Assembly: GCA_036436775.1 (NCBI GenBank)
Contig: GCA_036436775.1_3676.1
Strand: one strand, 5' to 3'
DNA length: 64,000 nucleotides
Origin: a phage
Shown here: one piece after another, positions 44,183 through 53,725 of the stretch
Layout of the letters: each line of letters begins with the position of its first letter
Numbering within the stretch: the stretch's first letter is position 1
Position numbers and translations under genes: made by a program
Notes under the pieces: model-generated
What the model was told of the DNA's origin: nothing
Databases searched by the model: none
The model's input: the letters and a program-made list of their open reading frames with translations, nothing else

Positions 44183-46606
44183 ATGGTAATAAATAATACG
44201 GCGAACACCTTCATCGTACCACCCACGCTTCACCATTTGGTGGTGCATGAGTATCCCAACTAAGTCACACAGCGATGCACCACCATTCTGTTGGTATGCA
44301 TTAAGTAAAGAGTGTTTAGATCGGGTCCAGATAGCATGACCATCAAAAGAGTAGATAAACTTCTTACCAGTTGCTTCCCAGAATTTCTCCAGATCCTCTT
44401 TGCGCCCCTTAAGACCGGGGTTGGCATCCCAAAGCGCATCGATTACCCTTTGTCCCAACTCTGGAGAGATGTCCAGCATATCTGCAACTTTATCTTTTTG
44501 TGCCCCGTACATAACCCCATACGTGATAGGTTTACCGTCGTTACGGGACACCTCTCTACCTGCTACTTTCGTATATGCCTCAGCATTGTTTTGGTGTGCA
44601 TCTCCGTTACTTACAACATCGTAATACAGGCCGTTGTCGAACTCAAAGGCACCCCAAGCCCCGATAAGCTGCTCTAAGTTGGACCCGTCAATACCGATCT
44701 CAAAGTATCCTGGAGGAACACCCCACAAGCTACGCATCTCTTTACCCATAACCACTTTAGGAGATGGTTTAGGCATGTTTGCACAAATACTGTGTTTCTG
44801 TCTGGAAGTGTTTGTCAGCCCAGAACTTTTAGCAGGAAGCTTATGGTCAATCTTCAAACGTGGGTGATTAAGAAGACCAGTATCAACCTTATCCTCCTTG
44901 ATTGGATCAAGGACCGATCTGCGGTTTCGCAATGATAACCACAAGACGATATCTTTAGCCATCTCTCCGTTCAATTTTTCAAGATTCGGACACAGGTGTC
45001 CAAACGTATCTTTCAGTTGCGGAGAAGTAATAAGTGCTCTGGCTTTTCTACGTATTTTCCCGAATACTTCCTTTTTAATCCTTTCAGAGTTAGGAAAGCT
45101 TCGGAACTTGTGCACAGTTGTCTGGAACTTGGCATCAGTTTTGTTCCAGAAGTTGATAATCAGGTCACAATACTCTGACTCTAAAAGCTCGTCCATATAT
45201 GCATATACTCGTGCATCAACATCCGCATCAGGTAGAGCTTTCTTCTTGCTATCTTTAGTTACATCTTTAGTTCTCCACATTGTCGGTAGCCAGCCAGCAC
45301 TGATCAGATACCGCTTAATGTCGTCCTGATTGCTGATTTTCATAGGTATCTTGCAGTCCGGCATTCGCTTCTGCTGTAGATCACTTATTGCCTGATCCAT
45401 CAGCTCTTTAGGCAAAGGGTGGGGTGTGGAAGTGCCCTTAATATAGCCTCTCAAGAAATCAGCCATCTTATCGGGGTCTTTGCAGCCCATCTCTTCACAC
45501 CATTTTATCCCTATCTTGCTGACATCCCCTGTAGAGGTAAATGCTCGCTTAGGCGGGGCTTTGAACTCTAAAGCGCTCATGTCTACAGGATAGCCAAGCT
45601 TATCTTTTAACCATTTCCAACCATTATTAGAGATTGTCCCGTCTTGGTTAAACGGCTTTTCAGGGAACTTGGGCCGCTGAGACATTGACAGCTCTTTTAA
45701 AGGCAGCTGTGGTTCAACACGATCAGCGATTTCTTTCATCCACGCATCGCAACGGTCACGTAAAGCAATAGCTCCATCTATGTCGAAGTATACACCCTGA
45801 CGGGCCTGCAGCTCCATCAGGAAGTGCTGCAGCATGCCTCGACGTAGTGCGTTCTTCCAGGTGATCTTCTTGAACCCTTTCGGCTTCTCTTTGGCTGGAT
45901 CGTACATAAAGTTCTGCATGTCAGATTTGCCGTAGAATACACCTTTTGATTCCGCTACCAGCTCTTTCCAGAGCAGCTCCTGGATGATAACGTCCTCGAA
46001 TACACGATCCACATACTTCCACAACGGAAGATCGCGCCAGTCATCAATTTGAACTTTCTGGTTACCAAGGGCGTAGCCCCATGCCATAAGGCCGTGAGGA
46101 CCAACGGGCTGCATTTTCTTAGTAACCGGGTTGAATACAGAATCCGGACAACCTTTTGGTAAAGGGCGATCAGGCCACAAGATTCGGCTCATCGCCAACG
46201 TATCAAACAGATTAACCTGGTGGTCGTTGATAGTCCCCATACACTTAGGGTCACGGAACATATCAAAATGAATACCGGATAATCTTTCCATCAGCATAAA
46301 GTCATAACTGTAGCAGTTATGGCAGTTCAAAGCTGTTGGTGACCAGTCAGAATTTCCTGTAAGCCAACCTTCCAACTCCGAAAAATCTGCTATGCGAACT
46401 TCAAAATCTTTATAAAGAGTTTTCTTTGCCAGAATAAAGTTCTTAGCCTTCTCTATATCCTCTTCAGAGTAGTGTGTGCGGTCATTTAGAGGAAGGAACA
46501 GCATAAAACGGTTCTTATTCAGCTCTTTAAACAAGCCGCAGTGATAATAAAGATCTAGGTCTTCTAGTAAACCAGAGGCCTCAAGGTCGAAAGACCACAT
46601 ACTCAT
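44183..46606 (-). CDS. Family-A DNA polymerase, N-terminal segment (3'-5' exo domain, palm/fingers, motif B)
   Basis: FDLEASGL exo motif; Pol-A motif B KPITYGVMYGAQ; ORF runs into stop 8 codons past the point where motif C is expected; AAGGAGAACTGTAT RBS. Confidence 0.85.
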
Positions 46607-46664
46607 ATACAGTTCTCCTTAAAGGGGAGGCGGTTGTACTACCCCTCCCACTCTTGGTTAAACA

Positions 46665-48743
46665 TTAAAAAGGTGTTTCATCGTCTTCAAAACCTGGAAC
46701 AGGGTCAGAGGACGGATCATCATACGGAAGGTCTTCCTGTGTGTCAACAGGGTTAACAGTAGGAGTTACAACCTTATCAGCCACAACCCTACCTACAGGT
46801 GTTTCTACAACTGCGTGCTCTTGATCCTCGAACATAGCTTGAGGTCTCCAAACAACCTCCCCACCTTCGCCGTCTGTGAACATCTGCATTTCTTTGTCCC
46901 AGTACCAGTTGCTGGCATCGTGGAACTTACCTGTGTGGGGATCCATAACTAAGGTATCCGCAATGCCTAACGTTTTTGCTGGGCGGTTTTTAAGACCTAC
47001 CAGTCGGACACGTCCACGGGAACGATCCACCATCTCTTCTGCCTCCACCCCAACAACTACCCAGCTAAGTTGCTCCAATCCGGCACTACCCCGAAGGTTC
47101 TCTTTTCGTACAGGATACCAGAAAGGTAACGGATTCCCATCCTTGTCCTTTGGAGGCACAATCTCTGTGCGTTTCAGGTGAGCGATCACCAAGATAAATA
47201 CATTAAACTGCTTACAGAACGCGGCTAGTTGCGTCATAGCCATGTCAAGTTCTTTGCGCTCATCCTTAACATTAAGCCCTGAAATTACCATGGACAGGTG
47301 ATCCAGCACAATGTAACGGCAGTGATACAGACACACCATTTGTTTAAGCTTAGTGATCAACTCATCTACAGGAATAGACCCAAAATGCTTGAACACTTTG
47401 ATTTTTCCCGCCTTGGCCCAAGATTGGTGAATCTCGGCATGCTCCTGATCAGTCAGGAACTGACTAGGGTCTTCAACAAACTCTTTAACATCAAACCCCA
47501 ACTGGTTGGCGTATAGAGAGTTAATTGCTTCCTCAGGGTCCTCTTCAAGGTGAATCAGACACAGGCGATCATCCTCTTCATAATCATCGGCTTTAGGGCA
47601 TGTCGGATCCATCAAGTATTTTGCAATGCAATGTTCTAGTTTCTTGGCTACAGTTGTTTTACCACCGCCAGATGGGCCTGTCAGCATCATCAAGGTGCCT
47701 TTGTGGAGTCCTTTCAGCATCTTCTGCAATTTAGGGAACTCCGCGCTGATATCTACGCCATTAGAAGTCTTCTTACGAAGAGATTCAATGGAGAAGTCTT
47801 CTAAATCAGATACAGCATCGGGCACATATTTGACTGGGTGACGGAACATGTTGACAATATCTTCCAGCTTTTTAGCCTTCAGCATGTCACGGATATCTTT
47901 TACACCGTCAGGGTCGTTTACCTCACTGGGGTATTCCACGTGGTAAACGTTATCAGCCATCAAAAATGCCGCGATATTATGTGTGGCTTCAACACCTTTG
48001 ATAACGTGTTTTTGCTTCTCTACCTCGTTAGCTGCATCGTTGTCCATTGCAAGGACCACTGTTCCGTAGCTACGGATAAATTTCTCATTGTTTGCAAAAG
48101 TATCTACTGCGTTTGCACATCCACAGTTAATTCCAACAAAAGGTAGACAGGGTTTTCCTGCCAGATCACCTCCGTTGATAACTGCATCGATCCCGTCCTG
48201 GACCTCTTTAGCCCACTGCTTAACCTTTGCTGGGGCCTTGGCATTAGTGAGAATCCCTTTTACTTGTATCTGATATGCAGCCTGCCACGCTGCAATAACA
48301 TCACCTTCCCCCTCACAAACGTTAATTTGCTTACGGTTGTTGGAAGATGCACACAGCTTTTGACCAAACATCTGGGAGTTAGCCTTCACGATCCCAACCG
48401 TCGTAAAGTGCCCACGTTGCTCTTTAGGAATCGTCCAGTCACGCTTTTTGAAACCGGATAGATTTCCGTAGCGGTCGTAATATGGGAAATATGTTGCAGT
48501 GACTGTCACACCGTCTTCTTGGGACAATGCTGATCGCACACCAAAATATTGTGCAGCCATCAGACCGATGTTTTGTTGCGGGACAGGGACAATTTTAGTA
48601 TTTTCTAAAACAGTCTCTACAGTTTCAACTTCTTTTTCATCACGATAGTCTCGTTTCACACTTCCCCCACTTTTATACTTAGTTGCTTTCGGGTTTGGCT
48701 CACCGAAACGGTTGTATGCAGATGCCATAAATTTACTTCCCAT
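46665..48743 (-). CDS. DNA primase-helicase (TOPRIM primase + DnaB-like helicase)
   Basis: 692-aa ORF; TOPRIM acidic motifs (VCEGEGD, LAMDNDAAN), Walker A GPSGGGKTT, Walker B VLDHLS. Confidence 0.75.
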   Translation of the reverse strand: MGSKFMASAYNRFGEPNPKATKYKSGGSVKRDYRDEKEVETVETVLENTKIVPVPQQNIGLMAAQYFGVRSALSQEDGVTVTATYFPYYDRYGNLSGFKKRDWTIPKEQRGHFTTVGIVKANSQMFGQKLCASSNNRKQINVCEGEGDVIAAWQAAYQIQVKGILTNAKAPAKVKQWAKEVQDGIDAVINGGDLAGKPCLPFVGINCGCANAVDTFANNEKFIRSYGTVVLAMDNDAANEVEKQKHVIKGVEATHNIAAFLMADNVYHVEYPSEVNDPDGVKDIRDMLKAKKLEDIVNMFRHPVKYVPDAVSDLEDFSIESLRKKTSNGVDISAEFPKLQKMLKGLHKGTLMMLTGPSGGGKTTVAKKLEHCIAKYLMDPTCPKADDYEEDDRLCLIHLEEDPEEAINSLYANQLGFDVKEFVEDPSQFLTDQEHAEIHQSWAKAGKIKVFKHFGSIPVDELITKLKQMVCLYHCRYIVLDHLSMVISGLNVKDERKELDMAMTQLAAFCKQFNVFILVIAHLKRTEIVPPKDKDGNPLPFWYPVRKENLRGSAGLEQLSWVVVGVEAEEMVDRSRGRVRLVGLKNRPAKTLGIADTLVMDPHTGKFHDASNWYWDKEMQMFTDGEGGEVVWRPQAMFEDQEHAVVETPVGRVVADKVVTPTVNPVDTQEDLPYDDPSSDPVPGFEDDETPF

Positions 48744-49527
48744 TAATTCTGCTCCTTACTACAGGCTCGTTTGCTAAGAATACGGCTTTTGCCCAGCCAC
48801 GGGGTGTGAGGCTTCGGATCATCTTCGTCCTTGCACTTTTTCCACCTAGCTTAGCGTGTTGCATGGAATAACCGCTAACCACATCAACTATTTGCGGGAC
48901 AGGTTTTGTGGCCGGGATTATAAATCCATTACCTATCCATCCGCAAGTTATTTTTGGATAGGCATCGCGTGGAGCTATAAATTCAGGAAACCATGGGTTT
49001 ACATCATCTTCCGGTAAATACCCGCCATAATCAGAAGGGTGAAAACGGTAGTCAGGTTTGCGCCACAATGTGGACATAACTCCAACAGGGTTCTCTACAT
49101 GCCACGGGCAATCGTAAATCTCTCCCAACTCTTCTGCAACCCGAGCATCCTTTACAGCATTAATTTGGATCAGCGGATCCTTAGCCAGTTTCTTCTTAAA
49201 GTGTGCAGCACCGGACACCGCTAAGTGAGTGCACGGAGGAAATGCAAGAACAAAGTCCGGAGCTGGGTACATGCAGAAAGTTTCCTGAGGAAACCATGGA
49301 TCAATCCAATAATCTACATAGTGAATATTTGGATGATCGGTTATCACCTCTGCATAACTGCCGTGGTCAGCACCTTCTGCGTTAAAGCACAGGCACAGAT
49401 ACCCAGCTTTTGCCCAGTCAATGACTGCACCTCCAGACCCGTCAAATAGACTCCACACAACACCTTTGTGGTAGTGCTCTTTATAGATAAATTTCAATTT
49501 GCTGTCTCCTAATGCAAAAAGCCCCAC
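48733..49527 (-). CDS. DNA cytosine-C5 methyltransferase-like protein (atypical)
   Basis: Motif I-like SLFDGSGG, motif IV-like PPCTH (not canonical PCQ), motif VI-like HVENPVG; short at 264 aa. Confidence 0.45.
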   Translation of the reverse strand: MGLFALGDSKLKFIYKEHYHKGVVWSLFDGSGGAVIDWAKAGYLCLCFNAEGADHGSYAEVITDHPNIHYVDYWIDPWFPQETFCMYPAPDFVLAFPPCTHLAVSGAAHFKKKLAKDPLIQINAVKDARVAEELGEIYDCPWHVENPVGVMSTLWRKPDYRFHPSDYGGYLPEDDVNPWFPEFIAPRDAYPKITCGWIGNGFIIPATKPVPQIVDVVSGYSMQHAKLGGKSARTKMIRSLTPRGWAKAVFLANEPVVRSRINGK

Positions 49528-49548
49528 CCTTTCGGGCAGGGCCTAGTG

Positions 49549-50031
49549 TTAAACCCGGATACCTATTGTATACTCGGTGGATACCAATGTCAAATCTAAA
49601 TTTAAAATTTCTTGCATCTCATAATATGCGTCCAGGGTTAGATACATTTCCCCATCCTTTTCTACATACTTGTCCAAGTGCTTGAGGCATTTCGGATAAC
49701 TATCAAGTGCAGCTTTCAGGCACTCAAACTCTGTGCTGTTGATGAATCCTTCCATCTTGGCTACCCGTTCTGGGGTAATGATAGCACTGTAGTGAGATTT
49801 AGCTTCCTGAATGCAATGGGTCCAAGCATCAACCTTCTCTTCGAAAAGTCCAAAGAACTTCTTTTTGGTGAGCTTCAGATTCTTTAAGTGCTTAAGCACT
49901 CGGTTGCCGATTACAGCCACATCACGAAACTTAAGAATCACTTTGTCGATATCTTCGCGACCTATTTTCACAAAACAGGCCTTACACATTTCAGGGGAGG
50001 AATAACCAACTTTCCACATAAAATCTGACAT
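49549..50031 (-). CDS. Hypothetical protein
   Basis: 160-aa ORF with GGAGAAGG RBS. Confidence 0.6.
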   Translation of the reverse strand: MSDFMWKVGYSSPEMCKACFVKIGREDIDKVILKFRDVAVIGNRVLKHLKNLKLTKKKFFGLFEEKVDAWTHCIQEAKSHYSAIITPERVAKMEGFINSTEFECLKAALDSYPKCLKHLDKYVEKDGEMYLTLDAYYEMQEILNLDLTLVSTEYTIGIRV

Positions 50032-50043
50032 ACTACCTTCTCC

Positions 50044-50439
50044 TTATTCCTGAAAAGCAACGATATCATATGAACTTGCAGACGATCCTAGTGAAGAATG
50101 ACTCCAGTCTAGGTTATCAGAGTAGTCAGCGTACTGTGCACCACTACGTAGTTTATATTTTACCCACTTACCTGGTGCAGGGTTTTCACCACCTTCCCAT
50201 ACTTCCCAGTCTTCTGGCAGGCCGTCCTGAGGGTAGTCATCCACCTCACTAATAATCTTAGGGTTTGGCACCAAGACCCATGCAGGCTCTTCCTTCCGGG
50301 TAAGTGTCCACACAGCGTAGGTATCTGAGCAGGCGCATGATAGCAAAGTATATCCACTATTCAGAACTTCTGCAAGCTCTTTTTCAGCATCTTCCAATTT
50401 GGTTAAGTGGTATTGGATAATCTTCACACCTGTAATCAT
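50044..50439 (-). CDS. Hypothetical protein
   Basis: 131-aa ORF with GGAGG RBS. Confidence 0.6.
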   Translation of the reverse strand: MITGVKIIQYHLTKLEDAEKELAEVLNSGYTLLSCACSDTYAVWTLTRKEEPAWVLVPNPKIISEVDDYPQDGLPEDWEVWEGGENPAPGKWVKYKLRSGAQYADYSDNLDWSHSSLGSSASSYDIVAFQE

Positions 50440-50741
50440 CAGAAACCTCCAACTTCTTCAGCAAATGCAGCTGCTGTCGTCGCTGCATCCAGATAGGACT
50501 CTAGTTCACGGGCTGCACGTTTGTAAATTGAGTGGCGCATATCGTTTGGTAGTTGGTGGAAGTCCACCTCTTCACCGTTGTGGTAAACACGCACATCGGT
50601 AATTTGTCTAAATCCGTAATAGTCAACATCAGAGTCACGGCACTCCGAGTCTGGCAACTGGACAACTGCTTGAGCTTCCACAGTAAACATATCGTCAAGT
50701 TCGAAATCGATTTCAAAAGTGTATGGTTTATAACGTTTCAT
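50439..50741 (-). CDS. Hypothetical protein
   Basis: 100-aa ORF with AAGGAAGCAC RBS. Confidence 0.6.
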   Translation of the reverse strand: MKRYKPYTFEIDFELDDMFTVEAQAVVQLPDSECRDSDVDYYGFRQITDVRVYHNGEEVDFHQLPNDMRHSIYKRAARELESYLDAATTAAAFAEEVGGF

Positions 50742-50801
50742 CGTTTAGTGCTTCCTTAGTTTTTGTGGGGAGGAGTGCCTCCCCTTTAGACTAACATCTT
50801 A

Positions 50802-51143
50802 CTACTGAAGGTCTTCAGAGTCAAGCTCAAAAAGAATCAAACTGTGCATGCTTGCAGAGAGATCAACGCACCCTGCAATAATAAGGGTCTGATAGTAAGG
50901 TTCAGCACCCTCAATGTCTTCGTTAAAATCTACAACAAGATAGTCACCTTTGTTAAAGGTGTATTTGTCCGATGTAAACGCAAAACCTGCCCAGTCCCCT
51001 ACTGCAGGATCTTTATCAGTCACCTTTGTTAGCAGTAGGTCTTTTTCACGAGATCTTTTAGTAAAATCGTGAATCACAACATCCTTCTCTTCAGGAGTTG
51101 GACTACCACACACGTAGTTAACTATATTTCTCCACAAACTCAT
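50802..51143 (-). CDS. Hypothetical protein
   Basis: 113-aa ORF overlapping helicase stop. Confidence 0.6.
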   Translation of the reverse strand: MSLWRNIVNYVCGSPTPEEKDVVIHDFTKRSREKDLLLTKVTDKDPAVGDWAGFAFTSDKYTFNKGDYLVVDFNEDIEGAEPYYQTLIIAGCVDLSASMHSLILFELDSEDLQ

Positions 51144-52510
51144 ACGTCCCCCTCTTCTGCTCTGGTTTCAAAATCTTTCCTGACAATTTTGTCTAAGTCA
51201 GGGAATGTTGTATTGTAAAACTCTACGACTCGCGGGTCAACAATAATATCAACTTCTCTTAGTGGACGCAACAAGTTTATCCCTTGTATTGTCTTAACTC
51301 GACTCAAAGCAACATACGTCATCCCAGGAGAGAAAGCTCCGTTCTTTCCAAGGTCTAGGTTGTAACAATCTAGCGTAAGTCCTTGACTTTTATGAGATGT
51401 TACGGCGTACCCAGATTTTAGAGGAAGTTGCTTGTATGACCCAATCACCACCCTCTCTATAAACTTCTCCATCTTCCTTTCTGCAATGTTGTATCTTTGA
51501 GATGGCTTATACTCGTTATTCTCCCACAACCTTTGCTCTATGTCAACCTGTGTTCCATCTTCAAGCTCCACCACCACCGCCTTGTTCTTAAATTTAACAA
51601 TTGTGGCACGTGTTCCGTTAACATAATAAGGTACTTTGTGCGTCGGGTCAACATCGTTGGCGGTTATCATAACCTTCATGCCAATTTTCAACTTCATCTC
51701 CTGCTCAACTGGCAGGGTGGAGGGAAACTTACCTTTCATTTCACCAGTGTATACCTTTTCTGGGGCGTTGATGGCATCATAGAACCTTCTGTTCACTTCC
51801 TCCGCTTGTTTGTTGGTGGCGCAAATTGTGAGAGCGTCTGTTGGTACACCGCCTTTGTAACAACGAGCATTAAGTTCTGCTACAACCTCTTTTATGCGAC
51901 GACCCTCACGAACACAGTTGAGCATTGTGGCAAATCGAATAGACTCCTGTCGGAACTGATCTACTAGGGCTATGTTGTGGAGGTCAAGCTCTTTCCAAGA
52001 TTCGGTATAGCAACACAGGTCCGTATGGTAGAAGTTGAAGTAGGCTTCCTTCTCCATAGAAGAGACAACAGGAGGTGCTTGGTAAAAATCGCCAAACAAT
52101 ATGACCTGTATGCCTCCGAAAGGTTTGTCATTTTTTCGAAGGAAGCGGAGTTTCCTATCCATCTCTATAAACTTATCAGCACGAATCATAGAGATTTCAT
52201 CGATAATTAGGATGGTAAATGCCTTGCTTTTCAAAGGCTTTGCTGTTTTTGCCCTTATTGCAGTCCAGTCTGACTCCATGCTCACACCTGCTGCAAGATC
52301 GAATGTTCGGTGTGCTGTTGCTCCATTAACGTTTAATGCGGCTACCCCTGTCGGGGCAACCGTTATGCAAGAGTCTCCATACATGGACTGGATCATGTTG
52401 ATGAGATACGTCTTCCCACAACCTGCGGGTCCTGAAACGAAGACATTCTCACCGCTCATGATTGCAATGAGGGCAGCATCTGTGCCTACGTCATACTGCC
52501 CTTTTTCCAT
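51140..52510 (-). CDS. SF1 DNA helicase (Dda/RecD-like)
   Basis: 456-aa ORF; Walker A SGPAGCGKTY, Walker B ILIIDEISM, C-terminal TSHKSQGLTLD motif. Confidence 0.65.
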   Translation of the reverse strand: MEKGQYDVGTDAALIAIMSGENVFVSGPAGCGKTYLINMIQSMYGDSCITVAPTGVAALNVNGATAHRTFDLAAGVSMESDWTAIRAKTAKPLKSKAFTILIIDEISMIRADKFIEMDRKLRFLRKNDKPFGGIQVILFGDFYQAPPVVSSMEKEAYFNFYHTDLCCYTESWKELDLHNIALVDQFRQESIRFATMLNCVREGRRIKEVVAELNARCYKGGVPTDALTICATNKQAEEVNRRFYDAINAPEKVYTGEMKGKFPSTLPVEQEMKLKIGMKVMITANDVDPTHKVPYYVNGTRATIVKFKNKAVVVELEDGTQVDIEQRLWENNEYKPSQRYNIAERKMEKFIERVVIGSYKQLPLKSGYAVTSHKSQGLTLDCYNLDLGKNGAFSPGMTYVALSRVKTIQGINLLRPLREVDIIVDPRVVEFYNTTFPDLDKIVRKDFETRAEEGDV

Positions 52511-53715
52511 TACGCCTCCTCGTAGATAATGTCGATGATGTTACCATCACGGTCAACTACGTATTCAATCGGATCGCCATCTTTGCGTGATTCCGGTGCT
52601 GCTACGATTTCGTAGCGGCATGCACGGCACTTAGCACTGTTGTGTTGGTATGGCACACTAACCACATCCGCAGGGTCAACCATAACCATCATTACGGTGC
52701 CATAGCCAGCTGCATACTCTTTGCTGGCGCAGTGCAGGCCATAAGAACACGCAGCTTCCGGATCATCTTCTACAAAGTTACGAGGCATGGATACAAAAGC
52801 ACCCTGGTATTGTGGAACTTTACCGCTGTGCCAATCCACCCACTTGCCTCCGTTAAACTGAACCCCTTTATAGCAAATGATTCGACCATCTTCTGCAACC
52901 TGGATGTCATTAGCCTGCATGAAATCGTAGAGCATGTTCACAGATTTTGCAGACGGGTTGCGTAGCAGACGGACAAGGAATTTAACATATCGGTCGTCCA
53001 GTGTTCCATCTACATAATCTTCCTCAATTTTCTTTGCAATGGTAGATTGCATCTCTACACCGTAGTAATAGAGCTTACCATCTTTCATAATCAGGTTGTC
53101 TGCAAGTGTAGTGAACTCATTCTTGCGTTCCAACCAGACAAGGATTTCACCAATTGCCTCGTCATATTTCTGAACAGAGATATGGTCGAAGACTTTCTGG
53201 TAAACTTCCTCACTTTCACTGCGGCGAATTTCAAAAATACCTTCGTTGCAGGTGATCTGGAGAAGTTCTCCACAAATAACTACTAAAGGCTCTATGCTTC
53301 GAGTCTGTTGTTGAGACACACTGCTTACCACCTCCAGCACCGGATCTTTGACTTCTACTGAAGGTTCTTCTGACTTGATTGCTACTCCAGTGAACCCCAC
53401 ACCGTGAACAACGCACAGTGGGTATACCACACTCCAACGTTTAACGGAACCTTCTCCTGAATCTAAGATCATGGCGTACTTACCGTTGTCTTCCAGTCCG
53501 TAGCGGAATAAACGGGCCTCTTCGCGGGTTTCAAAATCCTCACGGGTATAGCAGACACTATCTCGGTCAGGATCAAACAGCTCTGGGGCACCCACTGCCA
53601 GTGTCCATGTTGTAGTACCTTTCTCAATAGCACATGTGAAACCCTTCTTCTCAAGTTCTGCACGGCGGTCGCGTGCTTCTTTACGAGTTTTGAAATGTTC
53701 GTAGATGAAAATCAT
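52510..53715 (-). CDS. rIIB-like protein (tentative, by adjacency to rIIA-like gene)
   Basis: 401-aa ORF immediately downstream of GHKL-ATPase gene; no diagnostic motif recognised. Confidence 0.35.
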   Translation of the reverse strand: MIFIYEHFKTRKEARDRRAELEKKGFTCAIEKGTTTWTLAVGAPELFDPDRDSVCYTREDFETREEARLFRYGLEDNGKYAMILDSGEGSVKRWSVVYPLCVVHGVGFTGVAIKSEEPSVEVKDPVLEVVSSVSQQQTRSIEPLVVICGELLQITCNEGIFEIRRSESEEVYQKVFDHISVQKYDEAIGEILVWLERKNEFTTLADNLIMKDGKLYYYGVEMQSTIAKKIEEDYVDGTLDDRYVKFLVRLLRNPSAKSVNMLYDFMQANDIQVAEDGRIICYKGVQFNGGKWVDWHSGKVPQYQGAFVSMPRNFVEDDPEAACSYGLHCASKEYAAGYGTVMMVMVDPADVVSVPYQHNSAKCRACRYEIVAAPESRKDGDPIEYVVDRDGNIIDIIYEEA

Positions 53716-53725
53716 AGCTGTCTCC

